From: Macrostomum lignano
Taxonomy: Eukaryota
Assembly: GCA_002269645.1 (NCBI GenBank)
Contig: NIVC01001410.1
Coordinates: 186,001-250,000, forward strand
DNA: 64,000 bases
Direction of reading: 5' to 3'
Shown in pieces: positions 36,382 through 48,147 of the stretch. Below the pieces are notes generated by a model. The model saw only the letters and a program-made list of their open reading frames with translations, did not search any database and had not been told where the DNA came from. Within the stretch, counting starts at the first letter, position 1. Every line of letters begins with the position of its first letter. A program made the position numbers and the translations under genes.

Positions 36382-38724
36382 ATGCCGCGCAGCCCGTCCG
36401 GCCCGGAGCCGAAGCGGCCCAAGAAGCGCCACGCCCGGCGAATTCTGCGGTTCCTGCGCGGCCTCTTCGCTGCCAGCCCGACTGCACCGCCGGAGATTCT
36501 GGCATCCGGTCTCGGCGGCGGCGGCAGCGGCTGCGGCTGCGGCTGCTGCACCGGCATCGGCGGCAGCGGCTGTCCGGCTGCGGACGGCTGCGGCCTCGGC
36601 GACGCCGCAGGTGTTCCGCAGATTCGGGTGCGAGTCCAGCTGCCGCCGCCGCAACCGCTGCCGCAACCGCCGTCGGCATCGCAGTGCGAGCATCCGTGCT
36701 GCCTCATGCACCGTCAGGAAGGTGACGAGCCTGCTTCGACAAGCCGCTGGACGGACAGCAGGTCGCCGTCGCCGTCACACCCGCAGCCGGAGACGATCGA
36801 CAACGCGGGAAACGCCGATGGCGGCGCCAGCGACGACCTGGAGGCGGCCCCGGGCGCTTTCGAGTGTCCTTCAATCGGCCCCGAATCGACCGTCTCGACG
36901 ACGACTCTGCAGCCAGCCGAGCCACCTTCGACACCCCGACTGTCGCAGATGTCGAAACCCATCGACAACGCGTCGTCGTCGACATCGGCATCAGCGTCAG
37001 CGTCGGCAGCTCGCCGCCTGACGACAACCACCGCGGCGTTGATAACGCCGGTGCGGACCGCCTCGCTGCAGCAGGCGGCGGCGCTGATCGGACCGCCGAC
37101 TGACGAGGTTGACGGCGTCAGAAGCTGCCGACTGCAGCCGGCGCCAGTCAGCCTGCGGCAGGTGGTCACCATGAGCGGCGGCGGCGGCAGTTGCCTGGAA
37201 TCCGGAGCCGCGGCTTCGGCCGAACGGGAGACGCCTCCTAAACTGACTGACGGCTCGACAGTGAGTTTTATTACAAGCTTTTTCCTCGAACAGCCCCTGG
37301 TGCTAAAGCTCTTGGTGCTAAAGCCCCTGGTGCTAAAGCCCCTGGTGCTAAAGCCCTCAAAAGACTCCCTTAATGAAAACTCCCGGCTCCGCCCCTGATG
37401 CACTTCTGAGTTGCTCTTGCTGAACCCAAAGTTTAAGAAGCCAAACTCGTATTTCTGCAACATTGAGCAGCTCCCGCCTGCCGTCAGCGCAGCCCGCCAG
37501 CTGCAGCTGCCCAAGGTGCAGTGGCTGTTCCAGACGTCTCACTCGGCTGCCGCCCTGCCGCCGCAGCCAACGACGCGTACAGCGGATGCCGCTGAACTGG
37601 ACGAGCCCGTCGCCAATGTCGAGACTGGGCGCGGCGGCTGCCGACTGCTGCAGCTGCACCGGCACCAATCGGCCGTGGCTTCATCGGCGAGTCAGCGACA
37701 AACCCTGCTGGCAGCATCAACTCCACCGCAGCCGCAGCCGCCGCGACAGGTGAAGCTGCGCCCGCTGCAGCTGAGCGAGCTCAGGCCGGAAGTTTCAACT
37801 AACCACAGACTCGGCGATTGTTGCAGCTCGCTGCGGCCTTCTGATGGCATTTCGGACAAGCAGCAGCCACAGCAGCAGCAACAGCAGCAGCCACAGCAGC
37901 AGTTGCCGTCACCATCGGCAAGCTTGAAAGCCGCGGCCAAGCCGATGCGCACCAACTCGCTGCTGGTCGGTCGCGTCGCCGAAACGGTTCGACGAATCAA
38001 TGCCATCCCGACGGCTGGCACCGCTGCCGACCGATCGGAACCGACGGTCCCGATGTCAACGTCGAACACGCTGGACCCGACCCGGGGCGAGCAGCATCGC
38101 TACCGGCTGCGGCAGCTCGCCTCCGGACCGAGCTCGCGATTCTATCGGGCCGATGCGGCCGCCGTTTTGTCGTCGTCGACGTCGTCGTCGTCGCGTCCTC
38201 CGAACTTGCCGAGCGGCGCCAAGCTTCGAGTCGAGTTTTCCAAACCGGATAAAACTCGCAAGATGACAACGACTGGCGGCCTCGTCAGAAGCGCAACCTC
38301 GGTTGCCAGTGGCAACAAGCCGCAGGTGAACTTCTCCGAGCTTCTCGCCCGGTTCGAAGTCGTCGATCGACGCAGGCGCGCCAGAGCGGCAGCTGCTGAG
38401 GCTCCGGCCGCCGATGACCATCCATCAACAACTGAGGTCCCCTTGGCCTCGAACGTCAAACCTCCTCATCGTTCGTCAAGCGCAAACAGGGATGCTGCGG
38501 AGGTTCAAGCGCGGGAACCTGGCCTAAAAACCAACAAGATTGTCTGCAAGAGTGATCCGCCAGCTTCAACGGCGCAATCGGCAGTCGCACTGCCGACATG
38601 CAGACGGCGGCTGCTGCTGCTGCCGAGCTGCATGCTGTGCAGCCTCGCGGTGCTGCTGGGGCTGCTCGGCCTGCTTCTGCTGGGACACGTGATTAGAGCT
38701 CGGGTACTGGCTGTGTACATGTAA
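36382..38724 (+). CDS. Orphan low-complexity (S/T/A/P/Q-rich) protein with a C-terminal hydrophobic segment; probable join(36382..37260,37471..38724), about 710 aa
   Basis: Two long same-frame GC-rich ORFs. GTGAGT donor at 37261 and CAG acceptor at 37468-37470 are both phase 0 and remove the only in-frame TGA. No family recognised; acceptor choice is uncertain. Confidence 0.6.
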
Positions 38725-39911
38725 CTAATTAGGGCTTTTAGAGTAGGGAATTGCGATTTATGTTCTCTTAAAGCATTCCTACCCATTAAGCTTGACTTGC
38801 CAGACAGAATCGATAAGACCTTCGATACAGGCACATTCCTACAGTACAAATTATAGTTCTGTACGTGAAGGTGGTGCATTTGTAATTATTATATTTTCTT
38901 TTTTAACCAATTTACTGTGCTATCATTTAGATATGAGCTAAAATACATGTCATTTTTATAGGTGAGAAATATTACTTTGTAGAACACAGAATATTTTATT
39001 TACACAGAAATTTACAAAGCGAAAACTTTATACAATTAATCAACTGAAACGAATAAATATATTTAAATAATATTAAATTTAATTCTGAAGCAAATTTTCC
39101 GCGACCGTAGCTTCAAAAACTTAATAGTGATGCCTTTTGATACCCATATTATTAAAGTTGTAAAAATCTCGACTGCGCTAAAGTGCAAGACACTTTACTT
39201 TTCGGCATAGCACCGATTACTGTGGCTTAATGCCAAGAACATAACATGGCATTCCTACATGTTAATTCTACTGTGTTAAATCGGATGCGCATAAAATTTT
39301 GCAGTGGTAAAAAAGAATATTAAATATCAATATTATTCTTAGTCGGTATTTCGGACCCACACGGCATCCAGTCAAAGGCTGAGTAAACGATTGAGTAAAC
39401 GACACTAAAATAATTTATAAGTGATTCATATTCTTAGTGTCATTCGATGATAAATCAGGTGCTGGTTTAGGTTTTTTGAAAGAGTAAAAAAACTCTTTCA
39501 CGTTTTCATTATCATTTTTAGTAGAACTAAACGTTGACATTTATATGGACTTATCAATAGAGCAGTAGATTAGATTCCATTCCAAAAACTAGCAACCAAT
39601 AAAGAAACCCGACAAAATTAAATTATATCTCAGCTATATTCAAAATGTCTAAAGAGGTAAAAGTTTTTTAATTTAGTGCTGTTAAGCTTAATTAATTTTT
39701 CTAATGCAGAAGTAACTTTTGTGTTAAAGTTTGTTTCACGCAAATAACTCGGTTTTATTACAGGGCGATATTTCAAACTCGCGCTTTACATAAAATAATC
39801 CTGTCCGATAAATAAAATCCGATTGTTTTACACACTAGGCCTATTGCTTAATTGTCAACGAAATACACCGATCTGCTGCTTTTCATACAAAATTATTAGC
39901 TATAAATTAAA

Positions 39912-42579
39912 ATGGCATTCAAATATAACTATGCTATTGTTCAAAGAATTCCTAAGTCTTTTGCACAGAAGTATCCAAAAATAAATGTTGACCAGGCCAA
40001 CGAAGAACAAGAGACACTTGTTGAGATTCTACGACAGAGTGCTATTGACATTCTTGAAATCGATGTCGAAGAACGGCATCCAACAAGCCCTTTTGTTGAT
40101 GACACAGCAGTAATTATTAATAATATTGCCCTAATGTGCAACCCTTATGGAAATAGGCAAGGCGAGGTGAGTTTTTTAAAGTTCTTGTACTTTGTCAATT
40201 GCCTATTAAAATTGTATTAAGATGCATTTTAATCATATATTTTAATATGATGGCACACTATGAATTCTTTACGAAAGAATCTGATTGAGCATTCATAATC
40301 ATTTTCAGCCCTGACTAATTTGAAATTTGGGTAAATAAAGCTTTAAGTTTAATTTATAGATATTTTAGTAGTATAATAGACTAAACAAAAATGCATTTTT
40401 AGTAAAGACTAAAGTCTAAGTTAATTTTATAACTATAAAATATTTCTGCTTTGGAAATATTTCTTTGATTCTTATTTTTTCATTTTTTATATTCTAGCTA
40501 AAATATTTTTTCTTCATAGAAATTTTCAAGAAATTTAAAAATATGGATATTCTATCTAGCCCCCAGCTCCTAATACATACCATTCATTTTCTACTTTATT
40601 GTCTTCCTAAACCATGCTCATTAACTCATTTATGCTAAATCCCTGAATCACTCCCATAGTCAAGAAGGTGGCACAGTGTGCGCCGGAATAAATTTTTTGG
40701 GACAATTTGTGCACCATCTATGCGCCATTTGTGCGCCGTCTGTGTGCCACTCTTCACGAGTAGAGTTTTCTAAGAAAGGCCTTTGTATGAAAAGCCTTTT
40801 TAAAATGTTACGCATATTTTCATTTTGAACAAACTTAAATTATACCTACAAATAGAGTAATGCAAAATTGACGTTTTTAGTGATAATTTATGCTAATTTT
40901 ATTTACTGTTAATTTTAAAGAAGCAAAAAGTTTATCACTGACTTTCTAGACTATACAAATCTCCTTTATATTATGTAAAATTGTTAATTTGCATTACAAT
41001 TTTCATGCATGTCAGGGACCTTATGTGCCACAATTATGCGCCGCATGCGCTAGGAACCTCAGTGTGTGCCATGATTGTGCACCAAGTGTGCCAAGGACCC
41101 CTTGTGTGCGCCGCGCTTGTGCGCCAATGTGCGCGGGAATTTTCCCCCTTAGAGGCCACCTTCCTGACTATGGAATCACTCTAGTTCTAGCATTTGAAAG
41201 ACTATCATCAGTATACTAATATATAGGCAATATATTCATATACAATATATGCAATATTTATACCTACTGATTCAATCAGATGTAAATTGTTTAACCATGC
41301 TGAGCATTAATAACTCACATAAATTATATATTACATTTTCTTTCAAACTTGCTTCGCTAACAAACTGAATTATTGTTTAGTCTTGATAAAACCAATTCTA
41401 TTGCTCATATTTTTTGCAAGTATTTCTAATAAAGGCTCTCAGTAGGAATATAAAATAAGGATCCTTGTCCTTAAACATTAAAATATACCTGAAATACATC
41501 AAAATGTACCATTGTTTTTTGGAAGCATAGCTTTTTTTATATAACTGGTTAAAAACCTAGAATCTTAATGTGACACAAAATTTGAAACTAGTTGATTAAA
41601 AACTGCTCATTGGTTTCCAAATTTTCCAGGTGAGTGCAATTCGCCAGACTCTGAAGCGTCAGCTCGGCATGAAGGTGGCTGAGATATCCATTGATGGGGC
41701 TGCGCTGGAGGGCAGCGATGTTCTGTTTACTGGTGAGTGTGCTGGTCTCTGGTAGTTGGCTACCAACTTAAGTAGGTTTAACCTACTTTTATCTTGGAGT
41801 CTCTCACATACAATTCTGTGAATCTGAATCACCCCAGATCACTCTGAGAATCAATCCAGATCACTCTGAGAATCACCCCAGATCACTCTGAGAATAACCC
41901 TAGATCACTCTGAGAATAACCCTAGATCACTCTTAGAATCACCCAGATCACTCTGAGAATAACCCTAGATCACTTTGAGAATCACCCTAGATTATTCTGA
42001 GAATCACCCCAGATCACTCTGAGATTCACCCCGGATCACACAGTGGAATTGCAGTCACCTCCAGAATGCATCCGCCATCCCTCGGCAGACAAGGAGATCA
42101 TCGTGGGCATCTCGCCGCACACTAACGAAGCCGGCGCCACCTGCGTGGCCAAGACCTTCCCAGAGTACCCGGTTACCACGGTAACCGTGCACCCGCTCGA
42201 GTCCAAGAAGGCCGGCCACACCTCGCTGAAGGACCTGGTCTGTATGGCGGGTGCCAGCGTCATCGCAGTGGGCCTGAGCCCCAGCGCTCAGAAGACCTTG
42301 AAGGAGATCAACTGGAAGGCCTCGTACAACTACCGCATCATCCAGCTGCCCGAGGACCAGGCCTGCAACTGCCTGTACGTCAACGGCTACCTGGTGCACC
42401 TGGCCCCGGACCTCATCCCGTCTAGCATTGGGATATTCGAGAACAAGATTGACTACAATAGGATCCCAATCTCCCTGCCTCACCTGGTTGAGCAGCGTGT
42501 GTCCATGACCAAGCTGTGTCTGCTGGTGCAGAAGACTAAGAATACAAATCTGAAGAGCATCATGTCCACCCTGCCGTGA
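39912..42579 (+). CDS. DDAH: Dimethylarginine dimethylaminohydrolase-like protein, join(39912..40166,41630..41732,42089..42579), 282 aa
   Basis: AIVQRIPKSF, PFVDDTAV, LEGSDVLFT, IVGISPHTNEAGA..VAKTFPEYPV, SPSAQKTLK, NCLYVN align with DDAH1. Phases 0 and 1 are consistent. Confidence 0.9.
41828..42040. repeat. About 22-bp minisatellite (CCCAGATCACTCTGAGAATCA), DDAH intron 2
   Basis: Direct reading. Confidence 0.88.
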
Positions 42580-42689
42580 CTGAGCCCGGCTGCAGCAGCT
42601 CTGCTTGTGTTAGTATTCGGATAATTAGCTATGCTGTGACTGCTAATGCTTAACTACCACTTAGCGAAATGTTCAATTCTAATTCATGG

Positions 42690-43918
42690 GAAGAGGAAAA
42701 TCCCTATTAATATCGGCCTGAATTCCTATGGGAAGAAAATCCCCAATAGTATCGGACAGAAATCCGTTGGGAAGAAAATCCCCAATAATATCGGACTGAA
42801 ATCCATTAGGAAGAAAATCCCCAATAGTATCTAACTGAAACCCCTTGGGAAGAAAATCCTCATTAGTATCGGACTGAAATCCGTTTGGGAAGAAAATCCC
42901 CAACAGTATCGAACTGAAATCCGTTTGGGAAGAAAATCCCCCAATAATATCGAACTGAAATCCGTTTGGGAAGAAAATCCCCAACAGTATCGAACTGAAA
43001 TCCGTTTGGGAAGAAAATCCCCCAATAATATCGAACTGAAATCCGTTTGGGAAGAAAATCCCCAACAGTATCGAACTGAAATCCGTTTGGGAAGAAAATC
43101 CCCAACAGTATCGAACTGAAATCCGTTTGGGAAGAAAATCCCCCAATAATATCGGACTGAAATCCGTTTGGGAAGAAAATCCCCAACAGTATCGAACTGA
43201 AATCCGTTTGGGAAGAAAATCCCCAACAGTATCGAACTGAAATCCGTTTGGGAAGAAAATCCCCAACAGTATCGAACTGAAATCCGTTTGGAAAGAAAAT
43301 CCCCCAATAATATCGGACTGAAATCCCTTGGGAAGAAAATCCCCATTAGTATCGGACTGAAATCCGTTGGGAAGAAAATCCCCCAATAATATCGAACTGA
43401 AATCCCTTAGGAAGAAAATCCCCATTAGTATCGGACTGAAATCCGTTTGGAAAGAAAATCCCCAGTAATATCCGACTGAATTCCTATGGGAAGAAAATCC
43501 CCACTAGTATCGGACTGAAATCCATTTGGGAAGAAAATCCCCCAATAATATCGGACTGAAATCCATTTGGGAAGAAAATCCCCCAATAATATCGGACTGA
43601 AATCCGTTGGGAAGAAAATCCCCCAATAATATCGGACTGAAATCCATTTGAGAAGAAAATCCCCCAATAATATCGAACTGAAATCCGTTTGGGAAGAAAA
43701 TCCCCCAATAATATCGAACTGAAATCCATTTGGGAAGAAAATCCCCCAATAATATCGAACTGAAATCCATTGGGAAGAAAATCCCCAGTAATGTCGAACT
43801 GAAATCCATTGGGAAGAAAATCCCCAGTAATGTCGAACTGAAATCCATTGGGAAGAAAATCCCCAATAATATCGAACTGAAATCCATTGGGAAGAAAATC
43901 CCCACTAGTATCGGACTT
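42690..43918. repeat. About 40-bp minisatellite (ATCGAACTGAAATCCGTTTGGGAAGAAAATCCCCAACAGT), about 30 copies, downstream of the DDAH stop
   Basis: Direct reading. Confidence 0.95.
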
Positions 43919-44654
43919 GTCAGTGTCAGTTTTCTCAAGAAAGGCATTCATAACTGCTACTCACTGCTAACAGCACTCGAGCAACTGCCGCGCACATGCA
44001 ACTCATATTCAGCTCTGTATGCTTTGCAACCTTAGCAAGCCTGTAGTCTGTAGTGCAGGTTCGATATTTATAATAAACTAGGTCACCTCACTTATTCACA
44101 ATGCGCAGCCGTCAAAGGCGTAATTAGATTTCCTGCATGCGAATTTTCAACTTTTTTTCATTCAGCTTTTTTTTGTTTGTTTTCTTGTTGTAGCGTCTAT
44201 TTTATACAACAAACCGTGCAATACTACTTACAGCAGCTGAACGTGATATTTTTGCATTACTGAGTCCCTGTTTATTATTAAGTTTAACTGTTCCTCTGTG
44301 GATGAGAGTTTTATAGAGATTTTTGGCAATTAGTCATATATTGAATTTTTTGTAGTTTTGTATTTCTAGTCGCTGGTACAGCTGAGTTGAAGTCTGGGCA
44401 TAGCATGCTTTGGTGTGTTGTTTGTCTGTGTGGGCTTACATGGAATTTTCCATTTTTTGGCTCTCTGAAATACACTACCGGCTTTTCTTAGCTTTGCTAA
44501 AGCCAGAACTGTTATGCATAATCTCTCTGATTCCTGAGTCTGAAGTTTTTCCATTAGTCTTTTTTATGGTTTTGGCGCTCTGAAATTCTATTATTGGCAG
44601 CTTTTTTCTGATCCTGCAGGTGCAAGTTTAAGTTGGACTACCGCTTGAACTCCC

Positions 44655-47555
44655 TCCCAGATCCTCAGTTGCTAGGCCAGCCTCCCAGATCCTCAGTTGC
44701 TAGGCCAGCCTCCCAGATCCTCAGTTGCTAGGCCAGCCTCCCAGATCCTCAGCTTGAGCAGCCAGCCTCCCAGATCCACAGCTTGAGCAGCCGGTCTCCC
44801 AGATCCTCAGCTTGAGCAGCCAGCCTCCCAGATCCTCAGTTGCTGGGCCAGTCTCCCAGATCCTCAGCTTGAGCAGCCAGCCTCCCAGATCCTCAGCTTG
44901 AGCAGCCGGCCTCCCAGATCCTCAGCTTGAGCAGCCAGCCTCCCAGATCCTCAGTTGCTGGGCTAGCCTCCCAGATCCTCAGCTTGAGCAGCCGGTCTCC
45001 CAGATCCTCAGCTTGAGCAGCCAGCCTCCCAGATCCTCAGCTTGAGCAGCCGGTCTCCCAGATCCTCAGCTTGAGCAGCCGGCCTCCCAGATCCTCAGTT
45101 GCTGGGCCAGTCTCCCAGATCCTCAGTTGCTAGGCCAGCCTCCCAGATCCTCAGCTTGAGCAGCCAGCCTCCCAGATCCTCAGTTGCTGAGCCAGCCTCC
45201 CAGATCCTCAGTTGCTGGGCTAGCCTCCCAGATCCTCAGCTTGAGCAGCCGGTCTCCCAGATCCTCAGCTTGAGCAGCCAGCCTCCCAGATCCTCAGCTT
45301 GAGCAGCCGGTCTCCCAGATCCTCAGCTTGAGCAGCCAGCCTCCCAGATCCTCAGTTGCTGGGCCAGTCTCCCAGATCCTCAGCTTGAGCAGCCGGCCTC
45401 CCAGATCCTCAGTTGCTGGGCCAGTCTCCCAGATCCTCAGCTTGAGCAGCCGGCCTCCCAGATCCTCAGCTTGAGCAGCCGGCCTCCCAGATCCTCAGCT
45501 TGAGCAGCCAGCCTCCCAGATCCTCAGTTGCTGGGCTAGCCTCCCAGATCCTCAGCTTGAGCAGCCGGCCTCCCAGATCCTCAGTTGCTAGGCCAGCCTC
45601 CCAGATCCTCAGTTGCTAGGCCAGCCTCCCAGATCCTCAGCTTGAGCAGCCAGCCTCCCAGATCCTCAGCTTGAGCAGCCGGTCTCCCAGATCCTCAGCT
45701 TGAGCAGCCGGCCTCCCAGATCCTCAGTTGCTGGGCCAGTCTCCCAGATCCTCAGCTTGAGCAGCCGGCCTCCCAGATCCTCAGTTGCTGGGCCAGTCTC
45801 CCAGATCCTCAGTTGCTGGGCCAGTCTCCCAGATCCACAGCTTGAGCAGCCAGCCTCCCAGATCCTCAGTTGATGGGCCAGCCTCCCAGATCCTCAGCTT
45901 GAGCAGCCAGCCTCCCAGATCCTCAGTTGCAGGGCCAGTCTCCCAGATCCTCAGCTTGAGCAGCCAGCCTCCCAGATCCTCAGTTGCTGGGCCAGTCTCC
46001 CAGATCCACAGCTTGAGCAGCCAGCCTCCCAGATCCTCAGTTGCTGGGCCAGCCTCCCAGATCCACAGCTTGAGCAGCCAGCCTCCCAGATCCTCAGTTG
46101 CTGAGCCAGTCTCCCAGATCCACAGCTTGAGCAGCCAGCCTCCCAGATCCTCAGTTGCTGGGCCAGTCTCCCAGATCCACAGCTTGAGCAGCCAGCCTCC
46201 CAGATCCTCAGTTGCTGGGCCAGTCTCCCAGATCCTCAGTTGCTAGGCCAGCCTCCCAGATCCTCAGCTTGAGCAGCCAGCCTCCCAGATCCTCAGTTGC
46301 TGAGCCAGCCTCCCAGATCCTCAGTTGCTGGGCCAGTCTCCCAGATCCTCAGCTTGAGCAGCCGGCCTCCCAGATCCTCAGTTGCTGGGCCAGTCTCCCA
46401 GATCCTCAGCTTGAGCAGCCAGCCTCCCAGATCCTCAGTTGCTGGGCCAGTATCCCAGATCCTCAGTTGCTGGGCCAGTCTCCCAGATCCTCAGCTTGAG
46501 CAGCCAGCCTCCCAGATCCTCAGTTGCTGGGCCAGTCTCCCAGATCCTCAGCTTGAGCAGCCAGCCTCCCAGATCCTCAGTTGCTGGGCCAGTCTCCCAG
46601 ATCCTCAGTTGCTGGGCCAGTCTCCCAGATCCACAGCTTGAGCAGCCAGCCTCCCAGATCGTCAGTTGCTGGGCCAGCCTCCCAGATCCTCAGCTTGAGC
46701 AGCCAGCCTCCCAGATCCTCAGTTGCAGGGCCAGTCTCCCAGATCCACAGCTTGAGCAGCCAGCCTCCCAGATCCTCAGTTGCTGGGCCAGCCTCCCAGA
46801 TCCTCAGCTTGAGCAGCCAGCCTCCCAGATCCTCAGTTGCTGGGCCAGTCTCCCAGATCCTCAGTTGCTGAGCCAGCCTCCCAGATCCTCAGCTTGAGCA
46901 GCCAGCCTCCCAGATCCTCAGTTGCTGGGCCAGTCTCCCAGATCCTCAGTTGCTGAGCCAGCCTCCCAGATCCTCAGCTTGAGCAGCCAGCCTCCCAGAT
47001 CCTCAGTTGCTGGGCCAGTCTCCCAGATCCACAGCTTGAGCAGCCAGCCTCCCAGATCCTCAGCTTGAGCAGCCAGTCTCCCAGATCCTCAGTTGCTAGG
47101 CCAGCCTCCCAGATCCTCAGTTGCTGGGCCAGCCTCCCAGATCCTCAGCTTGAGCAGCCAGCCTCCCAGATCCTCAGTTGCTGAGCCAGTCTCCCAGATC
47201 CACAGCTTGAGCAGCCAGCCTCCCAGATCCTCAGTTGCTGAGCCAGTCTCCCAGATCCACAGCTTGAGCAGCCAGCCTCCCAGATCCTCAGTTGCTGGGC
47301 CAGTCTCCCAGATCCTCAGTTGCTGGGCCAGCCTCCCAGATCCTCAGTTGCTTGGCCAGTCTCCCAGATCCTCAGTTGCTGGGCCAGCCTCCCAGATCCT
47401 CAGCTTGAGCAGCCAGCCTCCCAGATCCTCAGTTGCTGAGCCAGCCTCCCAGATCCTCAGTTGCTTAGCCAGCCTCCTAGATCCTCAGCTTGAGCAGCCA
47501 GCCTCCCAGATCCTCAGTTGCTTAGCCAGCCTCCTAGATGCTCAGCTTGAGCAGC
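44655..47555. repeat. Two-variant minisatellite, about 100 units: 28-bp CTCCCAGATCCTCAGTTGCTGGGCCAGT and 29-bp CTCCCAGATCCTCAGCTTGAGCAGCCAGC
   Basis: Direct reading. Confidence 0.96.
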
Positions 47556-48147
47556 CATGCAGCCTCCCACATGCAGACACGGTAATAAAGAAAATCGGCG
47601 CAGTTCACCGACTTCCTCAGCACCCATGCCGCTCAGCAACCGAAAATTCCCGTGAAAATGAACTATTACTGTATTTTGCAATGTAGCAACTTTGAGCAGA
47701 CCAACTCAGTTAAAAGTGGACAATAACAATTACTGCCTGCTATTCTAGTTCTATACACACATCTATACGCAGTGCTCTGCGCCATCAATCTAAGCTGCTG
47801 AGTAGATATTCACAGCAACAACGTCAATAATAAAATCTCTTACACCAACACCCCCTCCCCCCTAAAATTTTCGAGTCGGAGGTGCGGCCTCAGTTCTCAA
47901 AGTAAGCGGCACAATGGACCGCCATTAGGTGCGTGGCCCCACCCCCTGTTGCCAGTCGCAACGGGTAGGGGGTGAGCGAGAGAGCCCCAGTCAAGATCGT
48001 CTCTGTTTTGTTATTGCATTGAGAGAATGCTCACCCGCCGCCTCTGTCTGTTTATATTTCAATCTGTTTATGCGCTCCGTTTCTGTGTCAGATTTGCGCC
48101 CGACTGCGAGACTTTACTGAGCATTCATATTTCTATACAGAAACCAA

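Noticed and set aside
37396-37398. Single in-frame TGA between two long ORFs (readthrough or selenocysteine?)
   Set aside because: A 210-nt phase-0 GT-AG intron (37261-37470) explains it; the context is not the TGA-CTAG readthrough motif and no SECIS was identified.
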